The notes: generated by a model not told the origin, from the letters alone. A DNA stretch of 64,000 bases from an uncultured Acidobacteriota bacterium (GCA_963805925.1 CAWDWB010000005.1:18247-82246), one strand, 5' to 3'. Positions 1 to 9,944 are shown, counted from the stretch's first letter. Numbers and translations: made by a program.

Positions 1-470
1 AGGGCAAGCGGATCGTGGCGGCTTATCGGGCGTCGTACCCGGATACGCCTCCGTCGCTGTTGACGGCGCAGATCGGCAGCGACCGGCGGGTGCGAGGCAA
101 CGCCATTGCGATGAGCGAACTGAAAGCGGCTCAGGGCGAGGCGCCGGTTTACGCGTATCGGATGGATTGGCCGTCGCAGTCTGCCGGCGGAAAGTTCGGC
201 GCGGTGCATGGTACGGACGTGCCGCTGTCGTTGCGGAATCCCGGTAAGTGGCCTTTAACGGGTGACGGAGCGGAGGCGCAGACGATGGCGAATCGCTTGT
301 CGGCGGCGTGGGTGGCTTTCGCGAAGACAGGGGATCCGAACGACTCGGAATTGCCGCAGTGGCCGGCTTACGATGCGGATTCGCGAGCGACGATGATCTT
401 CAACTTGGAGACGCGCGTGGAGAACGATCCAGACGGCGAATTGTTGAAGCTGGTGGGTGCGCGCAGTTAG
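1..470 (+). CDS. Carboxylesterase (type B / cholinesterase-like) family protein, C-terminal fragment; 5' end outside the window
   Basis: The frame is open from the window edge (..GKRIVAAYRASYPD..) to the TAG at 468-470. The blocks PVYAYRMDWPS..FGAVHGTDVPL and AWVAFAKTGDPN..LPQWPAY resemble the catalytic-His region and tail of type-B carboxylesterases. Confidence 0.7.
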   Translation, partial: GKRIVAAYRASYPDTPPSLLTAQIGSDRRVRGNAIAMSELKAAQGEAPVYAYRMDWPSQSAGGKFGAVHGTDVPLSLRNPGKWPLTGDGAEAQTMANRLSAAWVAFAKTGDPNDSELPQWPAYDADSRATMIFNLETRVENDPDGELLKLVGARS

Positions 471-544
471 GGGCGAGCGGTGATGTGTCTTGGCGCGAGC
501 CTGCGCAGTTCGCTCCCTGACGGTCGCGGCTCTGTTGCGCTGGT

Positions 545-1906
545 TCAAGCGGATTGAGTGGGCTGGTCGCGCCAGGCTGAGGGGCCGATTAAGACGAGCG
601 CTAAGACGATGCCCACGAGCAGCCCCGTGGTGAGCGAGAAGTACATGATCGTGGCGGCGGCGAGTAGGGCGATGCCGCGTTCGATGCGGTCTTCGAGCAT
701 GGCCAGGGCGACGTAGGCGCAGGCGAAGCCGGTGAGCAGCAGCGTCAGCGAGAAGGCGATGTCGAGCGTGGGGCGCAGCAGCACCAGCAGCGGTGCGATG
801 AAGTAGGCCCAAGGGATTCCGAAGACGTAGTAGCTGCCGACGCCCGAGAAGATGGATTGCATCTCTTGCTTGCCGCGGCGGTAGCGTTCGGAGACGACGA
901 TCATCGCGCCGGCCCAGAGCGGGCCTTGCAGCGGGAAGAACGGGCCGCCGATGAGGGCAATGCCTGTGTTGCGGAGTCCTAGAGAGAGGTGCGTGCGGCG
1001 CGAGTCGAAGGGGATCGTTTCGTCGGGACGGTCGGCGGCGGCTTCTTGCAAGATCGCTGTGCCGGTGATGATGTCGGTGAAGCCTACGAGGTAGGCGACC
1101 AGCGCCAGCGGCACGGCGTGGGCGAAGGCGCTGAGGCTGGGCAGTCCTAGTCCGAGGACGCTGAAGTTGGCGACGAGACCGGAGAAGTCCGGCCAAAACA
1201 GCAGCGGGCCGGAGTAGGCGGCGAACTCATCGAAGTGAACCTCGCCGACAGCCCAACCCGCCAGCGCGCCCACAAAAAACCCCGGTGCGATGCCCATCGA
1301 AGAGAGCACGCGCAGCCAGGGGTAACGGACCTTCCAGGGCTGGAGCGGCTTCGAGAACATCAGGAACAGACTCAGGCCGACGGCGACGAGGATGGAGACG
1401 GTGAGCGCATCCGTGCGCGCGGGACGTCCGCCGGACCGCGGGATGAATTCACCGTATATGGCGCTGAGGCCAGCACCGAGAATGATGGTGGCGCGCAGGA
1501 CTCGCGGCACGAGCCGCAGGAAAAGCTTGCCCAGTCCAGTGAGTCCGAAGAGCAGAAAGACCAGGCCGGTGAGTAGCACGACGGCGTTGACGAACTCGGT
1601 ACGCTCGGGGCCGGCGGGAAAGGCGACCGCGGCGGCCAGCACCAGCGGCAGGGCCGGGGTGAGCCAGCCGGGAGCGAACGGCTCGCCGAAGATCAGGAAT
1701 GACGAACAGATCATCAGGGTTTGCACGACGACCAGGGCAATGGCCGTCTCAAAGGGCATGCCGAAGTGCTCGGCGTAGAGCGGCACGACGGCAATGCCGG
1801 TGGCCGAGCCCACGGTGAGGCCTTGCAATAGCTCGGGCCACTCCGCGCGGTAGTGCACGAAGGGGATGCGGAGGGTGAAGGGACCCCAGCGAAGTCCGGC
1901 AGACAT
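545..1906 (-). CDS. Polytopic membrane permease of unknown substrate (NCS2/SulP-like appearance)
   Basis: Long ORF with many hydrophobic segments. Start chosen at ATG 1906 (MSAGLRWGPFTL..) because the longer 2056 start overlaps the upstream gene and adds Arg-rich junk. Family assignment is tentative. Confidence 0.6.
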   Translation of the reverse strand: MSAGLRWGPFTLRIPFVHYRAEWPELLQGLTVGSATGIAVVPLYAEHFGMPFETAIALVVVQTLMICSSFLIFGEPFAPGWLTPALPLVLAAAVAFPAGPERTEFVNAVVLLTGLVFLLFGLTGLGKLFLRLVPRVLRATIILGAGLSAIYGEFIPRSGGRPARTDALTVSILVAVGLSLFLMFSKPLQPWKVRYPWLRVLSSMGIAPGFFVGALAGWAVGEVHFDEFAAYSGPLLFWPDFSGLVANFSVLGLGLPSLSAFAHAVPLALVAYLVGFTDIITGTAILQEAAADRPDETIPFDSRRTHLSLGLRNTGIALIGGPFFPLQGPLWAGAMIVVSERYRRGKQEMQSIFSGVGSYYVFGIPWAYFIAPLLVLLRPTLDIAFSLTLLLTGFACAYVALAMLEDRIERGIALLAAATIMYFSLTTGLLVGIVLALVLIGPSAWRDQPTQSA

Positions 1907-1923
1907 CGAAGAGGCCAATTGTA

Positions 1924-3960
1924 CTAGTTGAGCGCCTGCCAGAGGCCGGCGTAGTCGTCTGTCCAGCGCAGGGTGGAGGGATCGCTGCTGACGTCGACGG
2001 CTCGGCGTACGCGGGGATTGTTGAGGAAGGCTTCGTTCTTGGTCAGCAGCATCCACACGGCGGCATTAGCGCCCGGCTTGGAGCCGGGGGTCGAAATGCG
2101 TATCGCTTTCAGGCCCAGGCGCTCGGCGATGCCGTTGACCACAGGAGTGAGGTCGAGGAAGCGGTTCGTGATGTGGAAGGCGAGGATGCCGTCGTCCTTT
2201 AGGCGTTTGCCGTAAACGTCGGCGGCTTCGGCGGTAAGCAAGTGCAGCGGGATGGCGCCGCTGGTGAAGGCGTCAATCGCCAGGATGTCGAAGCGAGTCG
2301 CCTCGCCGTTCGCAATTTCCTCTTCGAGGCGCATGCGGGCGTCTCCGGGGACGAGTTCGATGTCGGCGTGCGAGTCGTCGAGGTAGGTGAAGTACTCGCG
2401 GGCGACGTCGATGACTTGGGGGTTGAGTTCGTAAAAGCGGAAGGTGTCGCCGTCGTGTCCGTAGGCGGCCATGGTGCCGGCGCCGAGACCGACGATGGCG
2501 ACGTACAGAGGCTCGCCGGCTAGGCGGCGGGGATGAAGATCGAAGGCGAGTTCGATGCCCGAGGCGGAGCCGAAATAGGTTGTGGGTTCGAGGGAACGCT
2601 CGGGGTCGAGGTATTGCGTGCCGTGCTCGGTGCGTCCGTGGGTGAGGATGCGTATGCGGTCACGACCTTGGCCCTTTTCACTTACGCGCAGCACGCCGTA
2701 GAAGTCGCGCATGGTGAGGGTGGTCCGCGGGTCGTGCGAGGCATCGACGGCATACGCCAAGATCACCAGGCTGAGCAGCAATGCCGGCGGCGGCGCCAGG
2801 AAAGCGGTTGGCCGAGTCGTGTCCGGCCGCCAACCTGCTACTGCCCAGACGACGATGGCTGCGATCGAGCAGGCGGCGAGGGAAATGGCGTACTCCCAAT
2901 AGTCGGAGAAGATGCGCGGAGCGATCACGGCGACGAAGATGCCGCCAAGAGCGCCGCCCGCCGCCACCCATAGATAAAAGCCTGTCGCTTCGGCCGCGTC
3001 AGGCCGTGTGTTGTACAACTCGCCGTGGCAGACCATGCAGGCGACGAACAGCGCGCCGCAATAGATGACGATCTGAAGACCGATGGGCAGCAGCCCACCG
3101 GCGGCCATCGCGACAGCGGCGGTCGGGATGGCGATGGCGAGCAGGAAGCTGTAGGCTTTGCGGCGATACCAGTTCTCGCTCTCGAAGCAGAGGATGAAGG
3201 TCAAGAGATAGATCGTCAGCGGCAAGATCCACAAGAACGGCACGACGGCGATCTCTTGCGACATCTGGTTCGTCGTCGCCACGAGCAGTGCCGAGCCGAT
3301 GGCGGAAAACGCCAGCCAGGTGAGCTTCTTCGAGGCGGTTTGCGGCGGCGCCGGCTCTTGGGTCAGCGAACTCGCGGGAACTTTGCGGACTTGCCAGGCG
3401 CAGTAGGCGCAACACACTGTGAAAAGTCCGTAGAGCAGACTCCAAGTAAGGCTCTGTTGGTCCATGCGCATCAGCGGCTCGACAATCGTGGGGTAGCTGA
3501 TGAGGGCGAGCAGCGACCCGGCGTTGGAGACGGCGTAGAGCCGGTAGGCTGTCCGCGAGGGATAGAGGTCGTGGAACCAGCGCTGTACTAGAGGCGCCGT
3601 GGCGGAAAGCGTCAGATAGGGGAGCCCCGCCGAGATCGTCAGCAAAGCCAAAATGTGCCAGGTCGGGTCGCCTTCGATGGCATGCTTCCAAACCTCGGGA
3701 TTGGGTGCGATAGGCAGCGCCAACAGGGAAATTCCCAGCAGCGAGATGTGCACAATACGCTGTTTGGCGGGGCGCAGCGTGGTCGCCAGCCAGTGAGCGT
3801 AGGCGTAGCCGCCGAGCAGCAGAAGTTGGAAGAACAAAAGGCAGGTGGTCCAAACGCCGGGGCCGCCGCCGAACCAGGGCAGAATGTAGCGCCCCAGGAT
3901 CGGCTGCACCTGGAAGATGAGCAGGGCGCCGAGGAAGACGGTAATTGCAAATGCGGCCAT
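1924..3960 (-). CDS. Fused membrane domain + spermidine synthase-like (class I SAM-dependent transferase fold) protein
   Basis: N-terminal ~400 aa are multi-TM. The C-terminal part has VAIVGLGAGTMAAY..FYELNP..FDILAIDAFTSGAIPLHLLT..DDGILAFHITN, typical of spermidine synthase-like domains fused to membrane modules. Confidence 0.75.
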   Translation of the reverse strand: MAAFAITVFLGALLIFQVQPILGRYILPWFGGGPGVWTTCLLFFQLLLLGGYAYAHWLATTLRPAKQRIVHISLLGISLLALPIAPNPEVWKHAIEGDPTWHILALLTISAGLPYLTLSATAPLVQRWFHDLYPSRTAYRLYAVSNAGSLLALISYPTIVEPLMRMDQQSLTWSLLYGLFTVCCAYCAWQVRKVPASSLTQEPAPPQTASKKLTWLAFSAIGSALLVATTNQMSQEIAVVPFLWILPLTIYLLTFILCFESENWYRRKAYSFLLAIAIPTAAVAMAAGGLLPIGLQIVIYCGALFVACMVCHGELYNTRPDAAEATGFYLWVAAGGALGGIFVAVIAPRIFSDYWEYAISLAACSIAAIVVWAVAGWRPDTTRPTAFLAPPPALLLSLVILAYAVDASHDPRTTLTMRDFYGVLRVSEKGQGRDRIRILTHGRTEHGTQYLDPERSLEPTTYFGSASGIELAFDLHPRRLAGEPLYVAIVGLGAGTMAAYGHDGDTFRFYELNPQVIDVAREYFTYLDDSHADIELVPGDARMRLEEEIANGEATRFDILAIDAFTSGAIPLHLLTAEAADVYGKRLKDDGILAFHITNRFLDLTPVVNGIAERLGLKAIRISTPGSKPGANAAVWMLLTKNEAFLNNPRVRRAVDVSSDPSTLRWTDDYAGLWQALN

Positions 3961-4069
3961 TGCTGAGGGCGGAAGAGATGCCGGGCGAGAGCGTCAGCCG
4001 GACCTCGCGGCCCGTAGGAACCATGCTAGCAAGGCCATAGGGGAGCTCTGCGGGGGATCGTGGCCCGCT

Positions 4070-4078
4070 TGTTACAAT
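4070..4078 (+). promoter_or_regulatory. Candidate extended -10 promoter element (TGTTACAAT) for uvrA
   Basis: TGnTAnAAT-type match about 54 nt upstream of the preferred TTG start at 4132. No convincing -35. Overlaps GTTACAATGCGAAC (4071-4084). Confidence 0.3.
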
Positions 4079-4131
4079 GCGAACGGCGGCTGCGATTCTC
4101 TTTCGCCGGCCAGATTCACCACAGGACGGCT

Positions 4132-6930
4132 TTGGCGCAGGATTACCTCGAGATCCGTGGAGCACGGGTCCACAACCTCAAGAACGTCGACTTGCGATTG
4201 CCGCACAACCGATTGACGGTTGTGACCGGCGTCTCGGGTTCGGGCAAGAGTTCGTTGGTGTTCGACACGGTCTATGCCGAGGGGCAGCGCCGCTACGTCG
4301 AGTCGCTTTCGGCTTATGCGCGCCAGTTCTTGGAGCGCATGGAAAAGCCTGATGTCGATGAACTCACCGGCATCGCGCCGGCGGTCGCCATCCGCCAGAA
4401 GAACTCGACCAGAAATCCGCGGTCGACGGTGGCCACTTCCACTGAAATTTACGATTTCTTGCGGCTGCTGTTTGCCCGGGCCGGCCAGACCTACTGCGGC
4501 AATTGCGGACGGCAGGTCTACAAGGACACCGTCGATCAGGCTGCCGAGCAGGTCCTTGCCTGGCCCGAGCGATCGCGCTGGTACGCGCTCTTCCCCGTTC
4601 ACGCGGATGCCGAGCATAAGGACTTGAAGGATCGCCTGGGTGGCTTGCGTTCGAAGGGCTTCAACCGGCTCTACCAAGACGGCAAGATTTACGAGTTTTC
4701 CACGCCGGAATCGTTGCTTGAAGTGGACTTCGAGCGCCCGGTCTATGTGCTGGTGGATCGGTTGGCGATTTCTCCGGACTCCAGAGAAAGAATCGTCGAC
4801 GCGATCGAAATCGCTTACCGCGAATCGCAAGAGGTGGTGTTCGAAGCAGCCGAGGGCAATCCGCCGGAGCGCAAGTGGTACAGCGAGCGGTTTGAATGTC
4901 GGCAGTGCGGCATCCCCTATATTGAACCCGAGCCGCGGCTGTTCAGTTTTAACAATCCGTTCGGCGCGTGTCCGCGTTGTCAGGGGTTTGGCGACACGGT
5001 TGACTATGACATCAACTTGATAGTTCCCGACCGCTTCTTGAGCCTGCAGCAAGGAGCCGTCGATCCGTTCACCAAACCCAAGTACCTCGCCTGGCAGAAG
5101 AACCTGCTGGTCGCAGCGAAGCGCGCCGATGTTCGCGTCGATGTGCCCTATCACGAGCTAACGGCTGACGAGCTAAAGCTGGTGATGGACGGCGACGGAG
5201 AGTACAAAGGCATCAACGGTCTCTTCGCTTTCCTTGAGACGAAGAAATACAAAATGGCCGTACGCATCATGCTGGCGCGCTATCGCGGCTACACGCGTTG
5301 CCCGGACTGCAAGGGCGGACGCCTCCGTAAAGAAGCGCTGAACGTGCAGTTCGAAGGAAAGACGATTCGCGACGTCGTGCAACTGACTCTGGAGCAGGGT
5401 CTGGCGTTCTTCGAGAGTTTGCAGCTTCGCGGAGAGCAGGCGGTGATCGGCGATCAACTGGTGTTGGACATCAAACACCGGCTGCAGTTCTTGAATGAGG
5501 TTGGCCTGGAGTACTTGACGCTCGACCGGCTGTCGTCGACGCTTTCGGGCGGTGAAGCACAGCGCATTCAACTGGCGACTTCGCTCGGATCCAGGCTAGT
5601 GGGAGCTTGCTATGTGCTGGATGAGCCGTCGATTGGATTGCATAGCCGCGACACGGCGAGGCTGGTCGGCATCCTCGAAAGGCTGCGCGACCTCGGCAAT
5701 ACGATCCTGGTGGTCGAACACGACCCGGACGTGATGCGGGCGGCGGATCATATCGTCGATATGGGGCCTGGCGCGGGGGAACTCGGCGGCGAGGTGATTT
5801 TCGAGGGCACGCTGGAGCAATTAAAGGCGAAGCCGGTCGGCCGTTCGCTGACGGCGAAGTACCTGAGCGGGAAGAGCAAGATCGCCGTGCCGAAGAAGCG
5901 CCGCAAGGCGAGCCCGAGGAAGAAGGCGACGTTCCAGGGCGCGTCCAAACACAACTTGAAATCTGTCGATGTCACCGTATCTGCGGGCATCCATACGGTC
6001 GTCACGGGGGTCTCCGGTTCCGGTAAATCCACACTGGTTCACGACGTGATCTATGAGGGGCTGACCGCACTCTCGAAACAGAACATCAAGTCGGCCACGG
6101 ACACGGATTCACTGCGGTTGCCATGCCGCAAGATTAGCGGGGCCTCCACATTCGAAGAAGTGATCTTGGTCGACCAGTCGCCGATTGGGCGTTCGCCTCG
6201 TTCGAATCCGGTAACGTACGTCAAGGCTTTCGACGAGATTCGGCGGCTGTTTGCATTCACTCCCGAGGCGCGCAAGAAAGGACTGATGCCAGGCGCTTTC
6301 TCGTTCAACGTAGCCGGCGGCCGGTGTGAAACTTGCCAAGGCGACGGCACGGTAACGGTCGAGATGCAGTTCTTGGCGGACGTTGCGCTGGTCTGCGAGG
6401 AGTGCGGCGGCAAACGGTACGGACCGGAAGTTCTAGGCATTCTCTACGACGGCAAGAACGTCTACGACGTGTTGCAATTGACGGTCGACGAGGCCATGCG
6501 CTTCTTTGCACGTGCGCCGCGGGTGACGGGCAAGTTGAGTTGCTTGGCGGAAGTCGGCCTCGGCTACTTGCGCCTTGGACAATCGGCCACGACGTTATCG
6601 GGCGGGGAAGCACAGCGCGTCAAGCTGGCGGCCTACGTGGCTCAATCGCGCTGCGACGACACGCTGTATATCTTCGATGAGCCCACGACAGGACTGCACT
6701 TCGACGACATCGCTAAGTTGCTCAAGGCCTTCGACCGGCTGATCGACAACGGCGGAACTATCCTGACCATTGAGCACAACATGGACGTTATCAAGTGCGC
6801 GGACTGGGTGCTGGACTTGGGGCCGGAAGGCGGCGATAAGGGCGGGGAGATCGTCGTCGAAGGTACGCCGGAAGTCATCGCCAAGTGCGAGAAATCCTAC
6901 ACCGGACGATTTCTCAAAGCGGTGCTGTGA
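4132..6930 (+). CDS. uvrA: Excinuclease ABC subunit A
   Basis: EIRGARVHNLKNV..GVSGSGKSSLVFDT..YAEGQRRYVESLSAYARQFL, a second Walker A GVSGSGKSTLV, and two LSGGE signature motifs. TTG 4132 preceded by AGGA (4123-4126) gives a canonical N-terminus. The ORF track start at 4060 adds 24 Arg-rich residues. Confidence 0.95.
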   Translation: MAQDYLEIRGARVHNLKNVDLRLPHNRLTVVTGVSGSGKSSLVFDTVYAEGQRRYVESLSAYARQFLERMEKPDVDELTGIAPAVAIRQKNSTRNPRSTVATSTEIYDFLRLLFARAGQTYCGNCGRQVYKDTVDQAAEQVLAWPERSRWYALFPVHADAEHKDLKDRLGGLRSKGFNRLYQDGKIYEFSTPESLLEVDFERPVYVLVDRLAISPDSRERIVDAIEIAYRESQEVVFEAAEGNPPERKWYSERFECRQCGIPYIEPEPRLFSFNNPFGACPRCQGFGDTVDYDINLIVPDRFLSLQQGAVDPFTKPKYLAWQKNLLVAAKRADVRVDVPYHELTADELKLVMDGDGEYKGINGLFAFLETKKYKMAVRIMLARYRGYTRCPDCKGGRLRKEALNVQFEGKTIRDVVQLTLEQGLAFFESLQLRGEQAVIGDQLVLDIKHRLQFLNEVGLEYLTLDRLSSTLSGGEAQRIQLATSLGSRLVGACYVLDEPSIGLHSRDTARLVGILERLRDLGNTILVVEHDPDVMRAADHIVDMGPGAGELGGEVIFEGTLEQLKAKPVGRSLTAKYLSGKSKIAVPKKRRKASPRKKATFQGASKHNLKSVDVTVSAGIHTVVTGVSGSGKSTLVHDVIYEGLTALSKQNIKSATDTDSLRLPCRKISGASTFEEVILVDQSPIGRSPRSNPVTYVKAFDEIRRLFAFTPEARKKGLMPGAFSFNVAGGRCETCQGDGTVTVEMQFLADVALVCEECGGKRYGPEVLGILYDGKNVYDVLQLTVDEAMRFFARAPRVTGKLSCLAEVGLGYLRLGQSATTLSGGEAQRVKLAAYVAQSRCDDTLYIFDEPTTGLHFDDIAKLLKAFDRLIDNGGTILTIEHNMDVIKCADWVLDLGPEGGDKGGEIVVEGTPEVIAKCEKSYTGRFLKAVL

Positions 6931-6934
6931 AGAT

Positions 6935-7543
6935 CTACTTGGGCCGCTTGAGTTCCGCGTCAATCTCAATGAAGACTTCGTCGGCAGCAACCACGCCGCC
7001 GGCTTCGACCACAGCGTTGTAGGTCAGCCCAAACTCGCGGCGGTTGACCTTGGTTGCGGCGGTCGCAGCGGTTCGCGGGCCGTTGTCGGATTGCACGACC
7101 GCGTTGAGGCCGTCGACGTCGAGGGTGACTTCTTTGGTCACGCCGTGCATGGTGAGATTGCCGGTGAGTTTGACGGTCCCGTCGGATTGGGGTACGGCGC
7201 GGGTCGAGACGAAGCCCATCTCCGGGAACTTGTCGACTTCAAAAAATCCTTCGCCCTTCAGGTCGCGGTCACGCACGCCCATACCGGTGGTGATCGACGA
7301 TGGATCGATCGAGATATCCATGCGCAGGGTCGATAGGTCGTCTTTATCGAACCAAACTTTGCCCTCGGCCTTGGTGAAGCTCCCACGCACCCAACTGATC
7401 ATCAGGTGGCGCACCTTGAAGCCGACGTGGGAGTGGTTGCCGTCGAGGCTCCATTCCAATACTTCGGCCGAAGCCAATGGCGCTAGGGCAAGCAGTGCGG
7501 CGGCCAGCAGAAGTGTGGTTCGGCGGAGCATAAGCAATCTCAA
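6935..7543 (-). CDS. YceI-like periplasmic polyisoprenoid-binding protein (signal peptide)
   Basis: Signal peptide followed by HSHVGFKVRHLMISWVRGSF..LTMHGVTKEV, the YceI family pattern. Confidence 0.85.
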   Translation of the reverse strand: MRLLMLRRTTLLLAAALLALAPLASAEVLEWSLDGNHSHVGFKVRHLMISWVRGSFTKAEGKVWFDKDDLSTLRMDISIDPSSITTGMGVRDRDLKGEGFFEVDKFPEMGFVSTRAVPQSDGTVKLTGNLTMHGVTKEVTLDVDGLNAVVQSDNGPRTAATAATKVNRREFGLTYNAVVEAGGVVAADEVFIEIDAELKRPK

Positions 7544-7572
7544 TAGTTTAGAGGGCTCGCGGGCGCTTCAGG

Positions 7573-8169
7573 TTACTGCACAGGACGCAACTCAGCCTCA
7601 ATCTCGATGTATACGTCGTCGCCCACGGTGAAACCGCCACTAGCGATCGGCTCGGTGAAGCTGACGCCCCATTTACTGCGCTGGATGACCGCACGAGCCG
7701 TGGCGCCCATGCGAGGACCGCTGCCGGGATCGACGACTTTGTCGAGACCGGTGACGTCCATGGTGATCTCGTGCGTCGTGCCGCGCATGGTGAGGTCGCC
7801 GACAACCTTTACCGAGCCGTCGGGCTGCTTCATCGAACGCTTCGAGACGAACTTCATTTCGGGATGATTTTCCGAGTCGAAGAAATCGGCAGTGCGTAGA
7901 TGGTCATCGCGCTTCTGGACGCCGGTATTGACGGAGGCTGTCTTGATGTTGACTTCCATCTTCAACGAGGAGAGATCGTCCCGGTCGACCCAGATCGTGG
8001 CCTGCGGCTCCATGAATTGGCCGCGCACCCAACTCACCATGAAGTGGCGAATCTTGAAGCCGACGTTGGAGTGCACGGGGTCGAGCCGCCAAGCTTCCAC
8101 TTCGGCCGAAGCGAGCGGAGCAAGCGCGAACAGAGCGATTGCCAAGGGCAGAAAAGTTCTTCGGAGCAT
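7573..8169 (-). CDS. YceI-like periplasmic protein (tandem paralogue)
   Basis: HSNVGFKIRHFMVSWVRGQF..LTMRGTTHEI. Clearly paralogous to 6935-7543. Confidence 0.85.
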   Translation of the reverse strand: MLRRTFLPLAIALFALAPLASAEVEAWRLDPVHSNVGFKIRHFMVSWVRGQFMEPQATIWVDRDDLSSLKMEVNIKTASVNTGVQKRDDHLRTADFFDSENHPEMKFVSKRSMKQPDGSVKVVGDLTMRGTTHEITMDVTGLDKVVDPGSGPRMGATARAVIQRSKWGVSFTEPIASGGFTVGDDVYIEIEAELRPVQ

Positions 8170-8190
8170 AGGGGTGTCCTCGAGTTCCGT

Positions 8191-9873
8191 TTAGGCGAAA
8201 TCGCCTTGCTTGCCACGCTCGATAATGCGCTCGCAGGCGCGAACGGTGAGCGCCATCATCGTGAGTGTTGGGTTTGCGCAGCCGACGGAAGGAAACGCTG
8301 AACCGTCGGTGACGAAGAGATTCGGAATGTCGTGTGTTTGGTTCCACTTGTCGAGCACGCTGTTGCGCGGGTCCGCGCCCATGCGCGCCGTGCCCATTTC
8401 GTGAATTCCGAAACCGGGAGTCGAACGCTCGCCGCTCATGACTATGTTCTTGGCGCCGGCGGCCTCGAGCATCTCGGCGCCTTGCTGCTGCGAGTCGTTC
8501 CAAAGTGCCAGCTCGTTGTCGCTCCAATTCATGCTGATGCGCGGAGCGGGAATGCCCCAGGCATCCTTGACGTTGGGGTCGAGCGTGACGTGATTCTCAT
8601 AGCGTGACAAGCACTCGTGGAAGGCGTTGATACGCATGGACCAAGCGGCTTCGCTGCGTACGGCATTCTTGTATTGGGAGCCGAAGCCGGGCGAGTTCAT
8701 GGCAAACGAGGGGAACGCCGTGCCCTGATAGCCGTAGCCGCGAATAAAACCGTTCGTTTGGCTGCGGTCCACGTTGCGGAAGCGCGGAATGTACAACCCG
8801 TTCGGGCGCGACGGAGGCCCGGACCAAGCCTGCCCTTTGGGCAACTCGGGGAAGTCGCCGTTGATGTAACTGCGATAGATGTGATCCATCAAGTAGTGCC
8901 CGAGAGTGCCGCTTGAATTCGCCAGACCGTCAGGGGCGGAGTTCAGCAGCAGCCGGGTCGACTCCAAGGTCGAGGCGCAGAGGACGACCACCTTGGCTCG
9001 CACCTCGCGCGACTCTCGAGTGGGACCGTCCACGTAGGCGACGCCGTTGGCGCGGCCGGTAGCGCTGTCCATCAGTACGTGCGATACGGGAGAGTCGGTG
9101 AGCAAGGTCAGGTTGCCGGTATCGGCGGCGTCCTTCAGCGTTGTCCAGGGACTGGCGTAGTAGGAGTTGGTGATGCAGCCTTGTTCGCAGGGCCCGCAAT
9201 AATGGCAAGCGGGACGCCCGTTCAACGCTTCGGTCAGGATGGCGACGCGGCCGATGGTGACGGTGCGGCCCATGTTAGCCTTCACGCGTTCCGCGAAGAT
9301 TCGTTCGGCGCAGCTGAAGCCCATGGGCGGCTGGAATACGGAGTCGGGCAGTTGCCGTAGACCTTCGGCGCGTCCGCTGATGCCGATAGCGCGCTCGACT
9401 CGTTCGTAGAAAGGGACGAGTTCCTCGTACTGGATGGGCCAGTTGACGCCGTAGCCGTCGTGGTCGGCGGCTTGCAGATCGAGCGGGCCCATACGGTAGG
9501 TCTGACGTCCCCAGGAGAGAGAACGTCCGCCGAGGCGGCGCTGGCGTATCCAGTGGAAGGGCTTGTCGTCGGGCGTCGTGTAGGGATTCTCGATGTCGTT
9601 GACGAACCAGTTCTTGTTCGACTCCCGGCAGGCGTAGACGCGCCGTTGGATCGGCTGCATGGGAGACAGGATTGGCTGGATGGCCCGGTACTTGTAGTCG
9701 TACGATTGCGTGTGCTCGGTGAACTCGGCTGGCGTGGTCGGCGGCCCAGCTTCAAGAAGGCAAACTTTCAGTCCGCCCTCGGTGAGGACCTTGGCGGCCC
9801 AACCGCCGTTAGCTCCGGAGCCGACGACGATAGCGTCATAAACATTCTGCGAACGATCAATGACTTGCAACAC
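8191..9873 (-). CDS. GMC-family FAD-dependent oxidoreductase
   Basis: N-terminal DAIVVGSGANGGWAAKVLTEGGLKVCLLEAG dinucleotide-binding fold, and a C-terminal ..HEMGTARMG..NLFVTDGSAFPS block typical of GMC oxidoreductases. Confidence 0.85.
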   Translation of the reverse strand: MLQVIDRSQNVYDAIVVGSGANGGWAAKVLTEGGLKVCLLEAGPPTTPAEFTEHTQSYDYKYRAIQPILSPMQPIQRRVYACRESNKNWFVNDIENPYTTPDDKPFHWIRQRRLGGRSLSWGRQTYRMGPLDLQAADHDGYGVNWPIQYEELVPFYERVERAIGISGRAEGLRQLPDSVFQPPMGFSCAERIFAERVKANMGRTVTIGRVAILTEALNGRPACHYCGPCEQGCITNSYYASPWTTLKDAADTGNLTLLTDSPVSHVLMDSATGRANGVAYVDGPTRESREVRAKVVVLCASTLESTRLLLNSAPDGLANSSGTLGHYLMDHIYRSYINGDFPELPKGQAWSGPPSRPNGLYIPRFRNVDRSQTNGFIRGYGYQGTAFPSFAMNSPGFGSQYKNAVRSEAAWSMRINAFHECLSRYENHVTLDPNVKDAWGIPAPRISMNWSDNELALWNDSQQQGAEMLEAAGAKNIVMSGERSTPGFGIHEMGTARMGADPRNSVLDKWNQTHDIPNLFVTDGSAFPSVGCANPTLTMMALTVRACERIIERGKQGDFA

Positions 9874-9944
9874 AGCTTGGCTAGTTTAGCAGCGCGGTGC
9901 AGATGGCGACGGCGCGGCAGGCGAGCTAAGCTGAGAATAATCAA

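Noticed and set aside
255-1196. 313-aa minus-strand ORF, extremely Arg/Pro-rich
   Set aside because: Typical high-GC shadow ORF. It overlaps the esterase fragment and the permease, and has no motif or sensible composition.
2999-4165. 388-aa minus-strand ORF overlapping the spermidine-synthase-like gene and the uvrA upstream region
   Set aside because: Alternative frame of a well-supported gene. Arg-rich, low-complexity translation.
4072-5154. 360-aa ORF antisense to uvrA
   Set aside because: Lies entirely inside the unambiguous uvrA coding sequence. Antisense shadow ORF.
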